DNA of 64,000 nucleotides from Acidimicrobiia bacterium (lineage in GTDB: Bacteria; Actinomycetota; Acidimicrobiia; Spongiisociales; UBA4744), in the NCBI GenBank assembly GCA_029863625.1, contig JAOTUY010000003.1, forward strand, positions 16,261-80,260. Direction: 5' to 3'. The translations under genes and the position numbers were made by a program. Of the stretch, positions 36,013 to 44,915 are shown piece by piece (positions within the stretch are counted from its first letter, which is position 1; each line of letters begins with the position of its first letter). The notes under the pieces are model-generated. The model was given only the letters and a program-made list of their open reading frames with translations, was not told the origin of the DNA and did not search any database.

Positions 36013-37887
36013 GTGAGCACAACAGATACCTTGCTTGCTCGGGTGACTGGCCCGGCCGATCTGCGTGAGCTCGATCACGACCAGTTGACGCAACTGGCCG
36101 CCGAGATCCGGTCGTTCATGGTCGACGCCATTTCTCGAACCGGTGGCCATCTCTCCCCCAACCTCGGGGTGGTCGAGTTGACGCTTGCTTTGCACCGGGT
36201 CTTCGATAGCCCGACCGATCGCATTCTCTGGGATGTCGGCCATCAGGCATATGTCCACAAACTGGTCACCGGCCGCCAGGACGAATTCGAGACTCTTCGC
36301 CAGTACGGGGGAATGACCGGCTACCCGAGTCGAAGCGAGAGCGAGCACGATTTCGTCGAGAACAGCCATGCCTCAACCTCGCTCAGCTATGCGCTCGGTA
36401 TGGCGCTGGCCAAACAACGAGTTGGGGATGACAGCTACACCGTGGCGGTGATCGGTGACGGCGCCCTCACCGGCGGCATGGCCTACGAGGCTCTCAACCA
36501 CATCGCCGTATTGCAGCCACCCAACCTCATCGTTGTCGTCAACGACAACGGCCGCTCGTATGCACCTACCGTTGGCGGCATCGCCGCCCTGGGCCATGTG
36601 CGGTTCGACCCCCGGTATGAGTGGACCAAAAAGACGATCGGCAAGATCTTGCGGAGTATCCCGGCCATTGGTGAGGGGGCAGACGAACTGGCCCACCGTC
36701 TCAAAGAGTCGGTCAAGCAGTTGATCGAACCGGGCACGGTCTTCGATGCGCTGGGACTGAAATACTCGGGAGTCATCGATGGGCACGACATCCATCTGAT
36801 CGAGGAGACCTTGGAGCACGCCAAGTCCTTTGACGAGCCGTCCGTAGTGCATGTCGTCACGGAGAAAGGCCGGGGTTACGAGCCGGCGCTGAACAACGAC
36901 GAAGACAAGCTGCACGGCGTCTCCGCGTTCGACGTTGAGTCCGGCCGGCCGGCCAAATCGGAGTTGAAACTCACCGCAGTGGCCGGTCAGGCCCTGGTCC
37001 ACGCCGCTCGCGATCGGGAAGATCTCATCGCCATCAGCGCCGCCATGATCTCACCGACCGGGCTGAGTGCCATGGCGCGGGAGTTCCCCGATCGCGTTAT
37101 CGATACCGGCATCGCCGAACAGCACGCCGTCACCCTGGCAGCCGGATTGGCCATGACCGGTATGCGGCCTGTCGTTGCTATCTATTCGAGTTTCCTGCAA
37201 CGTGCTTTTGACCAGATTGTGACCGACGTCGCCATGCATGAGTTGCCGGTCGTATTCATGATCGACCGGGCAGGTATCACGGGCCCCGACGGTGCTTCCC
37301 ACCATGGTGCCTTCGACCTCTCCTACCTGCGGATGATCCCCAATTTGACGATCGGCGCTCCGGCCGACGCCGACGAACTTTGCCGAATGCTGGAAACGGC
37401 CTGGGACTTCGACGGCCCCATCGCCATCCGCTTCCCCAAAGGCGCGGCCGCTTCGGTTCCAACCTTGCCGGCCGCTCCGCTGGACGTGGGAGTGGCCGAG
37501 GTAGTCCAGGAAGGTGAGGAGGTGTTGCTATTAGCGCTGGGGAGCATGGTCGAACCAGCGGTGAAAGCTGCTGGAATGTTGGCCCAACAGGGTATCTCGG
37601 CTGGGATCGTCAACGCTCGCTGGGTCAAGCCCTTCGATCCGCGCCTGGTGGAGTGGGCCGGCAGTTATCCACAGGTGGTAACCCTGGAGGACAACGTGGT
37701 TTCCGGCGGATTTGGGGCAGCCGTGCTCGAGGAATTGTCCCGGCACGGCTTAGCCGGTCGAGTGTCCGTGCTTGGTCTCCCCGACCGTTTCCTACCGTCT
37801 GGATCCGCCTCCGATGTCCAAGCAGACGTCGAATTGGACCCTGATTCCATTGCCCGACGGGTCACGGAGATAGTAAAGGGCGCCTAA
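36013..37887 (+). CDS. dxs: 1-deoxy-D-xylulose-5-phosphate synthase
   Basis: GGHLSPNLGVVEL, WDVGHQAYVHK, IGDGALTGGMAYEALN, GIAEQHAV, IYSSFLQRAFDQ. Confidence 0.97.
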   Translation: MSTTDTLLARVTGPADLRELDHDQLTQLAAEIRSFMVDAISRTGGHLSPNLGVVELTLALHRVFDSPTDRILWDVGHQAYVHKLVTGRQDEFETLRQYGGMTGYPSRSESEHDFVENSHASTSLSYALGMALAKQRVGDDSYTVAVIGDGALTGGMAYEALNHIAVLQPPNLIVVVNDNGRSYAPTVGGIAALGHVRFDPRYEWTKKTIGKILRSIPAIGEGADELAHRLKESVKQLIEPGTVFDALGLKYSGVIDGHDIHLIEETLEHAKSFDEPSVVHVVTEKGRGYEPALNNDEDKLHGVSAFDVESGRPAKSELKLTAVAGQALVHAARDREDLIAISAAMISPTGLSAMAREFPDRVIDTGIAEQHAVTLAAGLAMTGMRPVVAIYSSFLQRAFDQIVTDVAMHELPVVFMIDRAGITGPDGASHHGAFDLSYLRMIPNLTIGAPADADELCRMLETAWDFDGPIAIRFPKGAAASVPTLPAAPLDVGVAEVVQEGEEVLLLALGSMVEPAVKAAGMLAQQGISAGIVNARWVKPFDPRLVEWAGSYPQVVTLEDNVVSGGFGAAVLEELSRHGLAGRVSVLGLPDRFLPSGSASDVQADVELDPDSIARRVTEIVKGA

Positions 37888-37894
37888 CGGCGCC

Positions 37895-37993
37895 GTATTG
37901 CGGATTTCGTACTTCCGTTTCTCGTTCTTCGTTTTCCCGATTTACGACTGGTGACTGGTTACTGATGACTGGTTACCGCGAGCGAAGCGAGCC
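37895..37993. repeat. Two consecutive degenerate heptamer arrays plus GCGAGCGAAGCGAGC
   Basis: atttcgt acttccg tttctcg ttcttcg ttttccc, then gactggt gactggt tactgat gactggt, then gcgagcgaagcgagcc. Confidence 0.7.
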
Positions 37994-38083
37994 ATTTCCA
38001 GTTGAAACAGACCACGCGCGGTAGCTATGGTCGAGGTATCCCGGGAGTGCTCCCGGTACCCGACCATGCTTGGGAGGAGAGGG

Positions 38084-39181
38084 ATGATCAAACGACTATT
38101 GCTGCTCGTTGTAGTGCTGGCCATGGTGGCTACAGCCTGCGGCGGTGACGGCGCCGAAGAAGAAAGCACAACAACAACGGCCGCTGACGGCGGCAGTCAG
38201 GTGGCTGCCGAAGGCATTCTCAAGACTGTTCAGGACCGCGGCGTTCTCAACTGCGGTGTGAACCAGGAGGTCTTTGGGTTCGGCTTCGTCGATGCCGACG
38301 GTAACTTCGTCGGTTTCGATATCGATTACTGCAAGGCAGTTGCGGCCGCCGTGCTCGGCGACGCCGATGCTGTCGAGTACAAGGCCTTGACGGCCCAGCA
38401 GCGGTTCACCGCTCTGCAGTCGGGCGAGATCGACGTGCTGATTCGGAACACGACTTGGACGGCGACTCGCGATGGCGGCGAGGGAGCGACTTTCCTGACT
38501 ACCACTTTCTACGACGGCCAGGGCATGATGGTCAACTCCGACAGTGGCTACACGACGCTCGAGGACATGGCCAACACCACCGTCTGTGTGCAGTCCGGGA
38601 CCACCACCGAGCTGAACCTGGCCGCTCGGTTCGAGTCAGGTGGAATTCCGTTCACTGCGTTGACCTTCGACTCCAACGACGAGTTGCGACCTGCCTTTGT
38701 GGCCGGTCAGTGCGACGGTTGGACCTCGGACAAGTCGCAGCTGGCGGCGTTCCGCTCCCAGAACCCCCCAGCCGACGGCGGGCCCGAGGCCTGGACCATC
38801 CTGGATGAGACGTTCTCCAAGGAGCCCCTCGGACCGCTGGTCCGAGATGGCGATTCCCAGTGGGCGCAGGTCGTCGATTGGGTTGTGTATGCCACTATTC
38901 AGGCCGAAGAGTTCGGTCTTGATTCGGGCAATATCAACAGCTACTCCGGCGACAACGCCGAGATCAAGCGCTTCCTCGGACAACCGAATGAGGAGGGGAC
39001 GATCTTCGATCCGGGGCTGGGACTTCCCACCGACTTTGCGGTCATGGTGATTGACGCGGTCGGTAACTACGAGGAAATCTACAACCGGAATGTTGGTCCG
39101 GATACGGCGCTGGGTCTGGCCCGCGGCGTGAACGACCTGTGGACCCGGGGTGGCCTGCTCTACGCCCCGCCCTACCGGTAG
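38084..39181 (+). CDS. aapJ: General L-amino acid ABC transporter substrate-binding lipoprotein
   Basis: Lipobox ATAC; GVLNCGVN, GFDIDYCKAVAAAV, LQSGEIDVLIRNTTWT, SKEPLGP, GLLYAPPYR. Confidence 0.9.
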   Translation: MIKRLLLLVVVLAMVATACGGDGAEEESTTTTAADGGSQVAAEGILKTVQDRGVLNCGVNQEVFGFGFVDADGNFVGFDIDYCKAVAAAVLGDADAVEYKALTAQQRFTALQSGEIDVLIRNTTWTATRDGGEGATFLTTTFYDGQGMMVNSDSGYTTLEDMANTTVCVQSGTTTELNLAARFESGGIPFTALTFDSNDELRPAFVAGQCDGWTSDKSQLAAFRSQNPPADGGPEAWTILDETFSKEPLGPLVRDGDSQWAQVVDWVVYATIQAEEFGLDSGNINSYSGDNAEIKRFLGQPNEEGTIFDPGLGLPTDFAVMVIDAVGNYEEIYNRNVGPDTALGLARGVNDLWTRGGLLYAPPYR

Positions 39182-39194
39182 AGGCATTGAACGA

Positions 39195-39220
39195 GGGGGA
39201 CCGGCAGTTGCCGGTCCCCC
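39195..39220 (+). terminator. Stem-loop downstream of the SBP gene
   Basis: GGGGGACCGGCA-GT-TGCCGGTCCCCC followed by CTTCTT. Confidence 0.6.
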
Positions 39221-39238
39221 CTTCTTGAGTGAGGTGAG

Positions 39239-40423
39239 GTGACGGTAGCCAGAGAGACGAAGACCGGTACGGCACGTCCGCCCTTCTGGCGCGACGTCAA
39301 GGTGCTTCGCATTGTCGCCCAACTGGTCGCCGGCGCCGGCTCAGTAGCGCTCCTCTGGTATCTGGGGAGCAACCTGACCACCAACCTCACCGCGCAGGGG
39401 ATCTCTACCGACTTCGGATTTCTCGACCAACCGGCCGGGGTCACCGTGCCAGGTTCTGATTTCAGATCCTCGCAGCCTATTTCGGACATCTTGGTTCTGG
39501 GTATCAAGAACACGTTTGCTCTCGTGATCGTCGGGATTCCCCTTTTGACCATCCTCGGCACGCTGATTGGGATCGGCAGGCTGTCAAGCAACTGGCTGGT
39601 CCGCAAGGCGGCAACGGCCTACGTGGAAACCCTCCGCAACATTCCTCCTCTGCTGGTCATCATCTTTACCAACACCGCCGTAATCCTGGCGTCGCTGCCC
39701 CGCATCCAGGAGGCGTGGCAGCCGTTCGACCTCTTCGTGCTCTCCAACCGTGAGCTGGCGGTGCCGTGGTTCACGGCCGGTGACGGATCCGGGGCGTATC
39801 TGGGAGTCTTGGCCGCCGGCGTGGTTGCATCGATCGCAGTGTGGATTTGGCGAACCCGGCAATTCGATGCCACCGGCACTCCCCACCATCGTTTCTTCTG
39901 GGGTACGGGCGTCTTCCTCCTGTTTGCGGTGGTCGGCTTTTTCGTCATCGGCAATCCTTATTCGCTGTCTCGCCCAGAGCTGGAGGGGTTGGTGATTACC
40001 GGTGGGATCAGCAACATCAGCGCCTACTTTGCGGTACTGCTGGCGCTCGTCATCTACACCGCCAGCCATGTGGCCGAGATCGTGCGGGGCAGCATTCAGG
40101 CGGTTGCGAAGGGTCAGACCGAAGCTGCCAATGCTCTGGCGTTGAGCAGTTTCCAGCGGCTCCGGTTCGTCGTGCTTCCGCAGGCCTTTCGGATTGCCAT
40201 TCCGCCGCTCATCAACCAGTTCCTCAACTTCACCAAGAACTCGTCACTGGCGATTGCCATCGGCTACTCGGAGATCACTCTGGTGGTGTTCCAGGCCATC
40301 GGCAACGGCCAACCAGCTCCGCAGTTGATCATCATTCTCATGGGGGCGTACCTGTTGTTCTCACTGAGCATCTCGTTGTTGATCAACATCCTGAATCGAC
40401 GCCTTCAATTGGTGACCAACTGA
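39239..40423 (+). CDS. aapQ: General L-amino acid ABC transporter permease
   Basis: RPPFWRD, GIGRLSSNWL, YVETLRNIPPLL, EIVRGSIQAVAKGQTEAA, KNSSLAIAIGY. Confidence 0.9.
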   Translation: MTVARETKTGTARPPFWRDVKVLRIVAQLVAGAGSVALLWYLGSNLTTNLTAQGISTDFGFLDQPAGVTVPGSDFRSSQPISDILVLGIKNTFALVIVGIPLLTILGTLIGIGRLSSNWLVRKAATAYVETLRNIPPLLVIIFTNTAVILASLPRIQEAWQPFDLFVLSNRELAVPWFTAGDGSGAYLGVLAAGVVASIAVWIWRTRQFDATGTPHHRFFWGTGVFLLFAVVGFFVIGNPYSLSRPELEGLVITGGISNISAYFAVLLALVIYTASHVAEIVRGSIQAVAKGQTEAANALALSSFQRLRFVVLPQAFRIAIPPLINQFLNFTKNSSLAIAIGYSEITLVVFQAIGNGQPAPQLIIILMGAYLLFSLSISLLINILNRRLQLVTN

Positions 40424-41658
40424 TGGCCGTCCGGACCGAGACCGCCTCCCTTCGAAGACCGAGCCCGGCGCTGCGCTGGGTGCGCGAGAACCTGTTCAAC
40501 AATTGGTACAACTCGGTGCTTACGGTCATCTTCGGGGCGCTCTTCATCTGGGTCGGGTTCAGCCTGCTTCGCTGGGTTTTCTTCCGAGCCGAATGGGAGA
40601 TCGTCAGAGTCAACCTCACTTTGTTCATGGTCGGTCGATTTCCTCGGGACGAATTGGCCAGAATCTGGGTGAGCAACTACATGATCGTCGGAGCCATCGG
40701 CCTCATGGCCGGTGCGGCCACGGCTTCGGCTGCCGCCGCTGCCAAGGAAGCCGGTCTTCCCTTCGTTCAGTCGAAACTGCAAGACTTGATTCAGCGGTTC
40801 TGGCCGGTGCTCCTGCTGGTCGCTGCTCTGCTCCAGTTCAGCCGCACTTGGACACCCACGATCATGACGGTGGGGATGGTCGTCATCGGCGTTGCCGCCC
40901 GCTTCGCGGGTTTGCACCTACCCCGAGTGATCCGCCGGTATGCGTGGGTGCTCGTGGCTCTGCTCCTGATCGGTGCGTATGGAGCCCTGGTGTGGTTCGG
41001 AGGCTTTGGGTGGGATGACTGGGGTGGTCTCCACCTGACCCTATTCGTGACGGTGGCCGGGATCATCCTGGCGTTCCCTTTGGGTTTGTTGTTTGCTCTG
41101 GGCCGCCGATCGACCCTTCCGCTGGTGCGATTGTTGTCCGTCACCTACATCGAGTTCATTCGGGGCGTACCCTTGATCACCCTGCTGCTCATGGGCGCCT
41201 TCGCTCTGAAGTTCCTGCTGCCCCCGGGGATGGACCTCAGTCTGGTGTCTCGGCTGGTCGTGGCGATCATGCTCTTCACCGCCGCTTATGTGGCAGAGAA
41301 TGTCCGAGGAGGGTTGCAGGCGGTACCAAAAGGCCAGACCGAAGCAGGGCAGGCGCTCGGGTTGCCCGCCTGGAAGGTAATGCGCCTCATCGTGCTGCCT
41401 CAGGCGCTGCGGGCGGTGATCCCGGCCATGGTGGGCCAGTTCATCAGCCTTTTCAAGGACACGTCTCTGCTGGTGGTCGTCGGTGTCTTTGAGTTGCTGG
41501 CCGTTTCGTCGATCGCCAACAACCAGCCCGAGTTCCTCGGAAAAGGTCTGGCAGAAGTGACCTTGCCATTTGTGGCGGTGATTTACTGGGTTGGTGCGTA
41601 CACGATGTCGAGAGAGAGCCGGCGACTCGAGAAGAAACTCGGAGTAGGAGAGCGATGA
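40423..41658 (+). CDS. aapM: General L-amino acid ABC transporter permease
   Basis: Start re-called at MAVRTET (overlapping the upstream stop); [40 protein letters not shown]. Confidence 0.9.
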   Translation: MAVRTETASLRRPSPALRWVRENLFNNWYNSVLTVIFGALFIWVGFSLLRWVFFRAEWEIVRVNLTLFMVGRFPRDELARIWVSNYMIVGAIGLMAGAATASAAAAAKEAGLPFVQSKLQDLIQRFWPVLLLVAALLQFSRTWTPTIMTVGMVVIGVAARFAGLHLPRVIRRYAWVLVALLLIGAYGALVWFGGFGWDDWGGLHLTLFVTVAGIILAFPLGLLFALGRRSTLPLVRLLSVTYIEFIRGVPLITLLLMGAFALKFLLPPGMDLSLVSRLVVAIMLFTAAYVAENVRGGLQAVPKGQTEAGQALGLPAWKVMRLIVLPQALRAVIPAMVGQFISLFKDTSLLVVVGVFELLAVSSIANNQPEFLGKGLAEVTLPFVAVIYWVGAYTMSRESRRLEKKLGVGER

Positions 41659-42428
41659 CTCAAAACAACGTATATTCCGACGCAACTCAGGCGAGGGGTG
41701 ACGTCATTATCGAGGTGCAGGGCGTGGACAAGTTCTTCGGTGACTTCCAGGCGCTCAAGAACATCAACCTGAATGTCGGGAAACAGGAAGTAATCGTCGT
41801 GATGGGCCCCTCCGGCTCCGGAAAGTCGACGCTCATCCGCTGCATCAATCGCCTCGAGAAACATGACGCCGGTCGGATCGTGGTCGACGGGGTGGAACTC
41901 TCCGACGACATCCGCAACATTCAGGAGATCCGCCGTGAGACGGGCATGGTGTTTCAACAGTTCAATCTATTTCCGCACTTAACGGTATTGGACAACATCA
42001 CCCTCGCCCCCCGCCAAGTGCGCAACATGCCCAAGAACGAGGCCGAGGAGATGGCCATGCTGCAGCTCGAGCGGGTGAAGATCCCCGAGCAGGCGCATAA
42101 GTATCCGGGCCAGCTGTCGGGTGGTCAGCAGCAACGGGTGGCCATCGCCCGATCGCTGGCGATGCAGCCCAAAGTGATGCTGTTCGATGAACCGACCTCA
42201 GCACTCGACCCGGAGATGATCAAAGAGGTGCTTGACGCCATGCAGGAGCTGGCGGAGTCGGGGATGACCATGATTGTGGTCACTCACGAGATGGGCTTCG
42301 CCCGAGCGGTGGCCAACCGGGTGCTCTTCATGGCCGACGGCGAGGTCGTTGAGGTCGGCACCCCCCAGCACATCTTCGAGAACCCGGACGAGGACCGGAC
42401 GAAGCTGTTCCTGAGCCAGATCCTCTGA
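41655..42428 (+). CDS. aapP: General L-amino acid ABC transporter ATP-binding protein
   Basis: [47 protein letters not shown]. Confidence 0.92.
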   Translation: MTQNNVYSDATQARGDVIIEVQGVDKFFGDFQALKNINLNVGKQEVIVVMGPSGSGKSTLIRCINRLEKHDAGRIVVDGVELSDDIRNIQEIRRETGMVFQQFNLFPHLTVLDNITLAPRQVRNMPKNEAEEMAMLQLERVKIPEQAHKYPGQLSGGQQQRVAIARSLAMQPKVMLFDEPTSALDPEMIKEVLDAMQELAESGMTMIVVTHEMGFARAVANRVLFMADGEVVEVGTPQHIFENPDEDRTKLFLSQIL

Positions 42429-42449
42429 GCGAAGCTCAGAGGATCTGGA

Positions 42450-42498
42450 GTACTCAGTACTCAGTGCCCAGTACCCAGTACTCGGTACCCAGTACCGG
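42450..42498. repeat. Heptamer tandem array, left arm (GTAC[T/C]CA x7)
   Basis: GTACTCA GTACTCA GTGCCCA GTACCCA GTACTCG GTACCCA GTACCGG; preceded by hairpin TCCTCTGAGC-GAA-GCTCAGAGGA (42421-42443). Confidence 0.9.
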
Positions 42499-42525
42499 GA
42501 ATCCGGGTAGTCAGTATCTGCTGTT

Positions 42526-42879
42526 TCAGCTAGTCAGGCTTCGTTCGAGACCATGCAACATTGCTCTGATGTCCCCCAGTTCCTGCAGGAGTTGTCGGTG
42601 CTGGTCGGAAGCAAGGAAGGAGAGGTCGAGGCTCAGGTCGAGCTGGGTTTCGACTTCGCAAGCCGATCCGATAGCCATTCTGATGAAGCGTCCAAAGTCG
42701 CCCGGGCTTGCTCTTCCGGCTCCTTCGGCGATGTTCGATGGGATGGATACGGCGGCTCGCCGGAGCTGTCTCGTCAGGCCGAATCTCTCGTCTGCTGGGA
42801 AGTCATAGGTGGCGTTGTAGATCTCGAGTACGAGATGTCGGCTTCGTCTCCACACATCCAGTCGGCGGTAGTCATGCAT
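42526..42879 (-). CDS. Four-helix-bundle protein (23S rRNA-IVS / S23 / Avd-like family)
   Basis: YRRLDVWRRS and FPADERFGLTRQLRRAAVSIPSNIAEG are hallmark motifs, plus AIGSACEVETQL. Confidence 0.93.
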   Translation of the reverse strand: MHDYRRLDVWRRSRHLVLEIYNATYDFPADERFGLTRQLRRAAVSIPSNIAEGAGRASPGDFGRFIRMAIGSACEVETQLDLSLDLSFLASDQHRQLLQELGDIRAMLHGLERSLTS

Positions 42880-42929
42880 GTCATGTGACTATCACAACTC
42901 GACTCTGATCAGAAGTGCCCTGTCGCTCA

Positions 42930-42990
42930 GTACTGAGTACTAGGTACTGAGTACTAGGTACTGAGTACTAGGTACTGAGTACCAGGTACA
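42930..42990. repeat. Heptamer tandem array, right arm, inverted relative to the left arm
   Basis: (GTACTGA GTACTAG)x3 GTACTGA GTACCAG GTACA; TGAGTAC is the reverse complement of left-arm GTACTCA. Confidence 0.92.
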
Positions 42991-42993
42991 TTT

Positions 42994-43530
42994 CTAGCCG
43001 CTTCCCGTCAGGCTTGCCGCCACCATTCTCGCCTCGTCGGGTCCGGTGGGGGGATAGAACACCAGGTAGTACAGGTCGCATCGATCGAGGCCCTCGTACC
43101 AGGCGACTCCCCAGATCCCTTCACCGAGATCGCCCAGAGCCGCCTTTTCTCCCCGGATTTCGATCGTTTCCGGTGTGTTGATCCAGCGAATGGGAGGTAG
43201 TGCTCCCCGCACCATTGCCAGAACCGGGATCCCGGCTTCGTCCGTCCAGCCGGTGACAATCGTTCCGGGTTGCAGAGTGAACTCGTCGAGGGGTACCGCC
43301 GATACGTCGGGTTGGTCATCGGTCACCCGATCGGGCAGGACCGTCGGCAGAAAGGTCGGAGGGTCACAAGTCTCGGGAGCCGGTTCGGTCGTGAGTGTTG
43401 TGGTGGGGATGGTCGTAGGCGTGATGGGGATCGTGATGGTGGATGCTGTTGTGGTGGAATCGCCTGCGCTGGTGCAGGCGGCCAGCACCAGCGTCATGGC
43501 TATGGCGAGCAGAGACCGATGGGTGAACAC
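42994..43530 (-). CDS. Hypothetical lipoprotein with Thr-rich linker
   Basis: Lipobox LAAC, Thr/Pro-rich segment, two further Cys in the globular part. Confidence 0.8.
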   Translation of the reverse strand: MFTHRSLLAIAMTLVLAACTSAGDSTTTASTITIPITPTTIPTTTLTTEPAPETCDPPTFLPTVLPDRVTDDQPDVSAVPLDEFTLQPGTIVTGWTDEAGIPVLAMVRGALPPIRWINTPETIEIRGEKAALGDLGEGIWGVAWYEGLDRCDLYYLVFYPPTGPDEARMVAASLTGSG

Positions 43531-43643
43531 GGAGGGCAGCGTACCCGACGGAGGCCCGACGTCCGTGAACCTCGTGGCCAGACCGCCCGGGCGGTGGTGG
43601 TACCGTGATTCGGCTCTGCACGGACTAAATAAACGAGGACGTC

Positions 43644-44786
43644 ATGGATCTGAAAGCTCGCGCCGATAAGGCCTTTACGGACGTTGAAACCGCACTGGCC
43701 GGCATCAATCGGTGGATGTACGACAACCCGGAGATCGGATTCGAGGAGCACAACACCTCGGCGCGGCTGGCGAGTTTCCTCGCCGAGCACGGGTTTGCGG
43801 TCGAGTACCCGGCGTACGGCCTGGAGACGGCCTTTGTCGCCCGGGTTGGGTCCGGAGGACCCGAGGTGATCATATGCGCCGAGATGGATGCGCTCCCCAC
43901 CGTCGGTCACGCCTGCGGGCACAACATCATTGCCACGTCCGCGCTCGGTGCCGGCGTGGCCCTAGCTCCTTTGGCAAATGAGCTGGGAATCAGGCTGACG
44001 GTGCTCGGCACACCCGCCGAGGAGAAGATGGGGGGCAAGGTTGATCTCATCAATGCCGGTGCCTTCACCGGAGCCGCCGCCTCGATGATGGTGCACCCTT
44101 CCAACAGCGATGTCGTCGATCCCAATGTGCTGGGGGTCCGGCACATCGACCTAGAGTTCCACGGCAAGGACTCGCACGCAGCTTTCGCCCCTCAGCTCGG
44201 TATCAACGCCTTGGATGCCTTCGTCCAGGCCTACGTCAACGTGTCGATGCTACGCCAGGCTCTCTACCCGACCGACAAGATCCACTCGATCATCACCCAC
44301 GGCGGGGATGCACCAAACATCATTCCTAGCTACACCCGCTCTTCATGGTACGTGCGGGCCGCGACGCGAGAGCGGATGGAGGAACTCTACGACCGGGTGA
44401 CGGCCTGTTTCGAATCCGCCGCCACAGCCACCGGGTGCACATGGAACGTGGAAACCATCGGGCATCCGTTCGAGGACATGGTGAGCAACCCAGTCATGGT
44501 CGAGCTGTTTGCGGCCAATGCCGCGGCCCTGGGGCGGACCATGGGTCGGGGGGCCGATGAAGAACCGGGGGCGGCCGGGTCGACCGACATGGGAAATGTG
44601 AGCCAGGTCGTACCCTCGATCCATCCCTTCCTGACCATCAATCCCGGTGATGCCGTCAATCATCAACCCGAGTTTGCCGCCCATACCGTGACCGCCGATG
44701 GTGAACAGGCCATTCGTGACGGCGCCCTGGCGATGGCCTGGACGGTGATCGACCTGGCAGTTGCAGACCGGTGGGGAGAGCTGTAG
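43644..44786 (+). CDS. M20 family amidohydrolase
   Basis: NPEIGFEEH, AEMDALP, HACGHN, GTPAEE, GSTDMGNVS. Confidence 0.92.
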   Translation: MDLKARADKAFTDVETALAGINRWMYDNPEIGFEEHNTSARLASFLAEHGFAVEYPAYGLETAFVARVGSGGPEVIICAEMDALPTVGHACGHNIIATSALGAGVALAPLANELGIRLTVLGTPAEEKMGGKVDLINAGAFTGAAASMMVHPSNSDVVDPNVLGVRHIDLEFHGKDSHAAFAPQLGINALDAFVQAYVNVSMLRQALYPTDKIHSIITHGGDAPNIIPSYTRSSWYVRAATRERMEELYDRVTACFESAATATGCTWNVETIGHPFEDMVSNPVMVELFAANAAALGRTMGRGADEEPGAAGSTDMGNVSQVVPSIHPFLTINPGDAVNHQPEFAAHTVTADGEQAIRDGALAMAWTVIDLAVADRWGEL

Positions 44787-44801
44787 CCGAGTGACGCTCC
44801 G

Positions 44802-44908
44802 CAGTTGTCAGTTATCAGTCGGATGGCCTGCGGCCGCCCTTTCACTCGTCAGTTCGAGCAAAGAACCGGGTCCCCACAGTGGGGACCCGGCGGTGATGAC
44901 TGATGACT
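44802..44908. repeat. Intergenic repeat family 1 with an extra internal 11-bp hairpin
   Basis: CAGTTGTCAGTTATCAGTCGGATGGCCTGCGGCCGCCCTTTCACTCGTCAG...CCGGGTCCCCA-CAG-TGGGGACCCGG...TGATGACTGATGACT. Confidence 0.85.
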
Positions 44909-44915
44909 CTTCTCA

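Noticed and set aside
39841-40422. N-terminal extension of the 605-aa ORF, and similar extensions for purA, purD, archease, ppk1, the Na/Pi cotransporter and the beta-propeller gene
   Set aside because: Extensions overlap neighbouring genes or repeats and are low-complexity Arg/Pro-rich; downstream starts have SD sequences and match family N-termini.
42930-42990. Regular repeat array considered as a CRISPR
   Set aside because: Units are 7/14 nt and directly tandem, with no unique spacers and no cas genes in the window.
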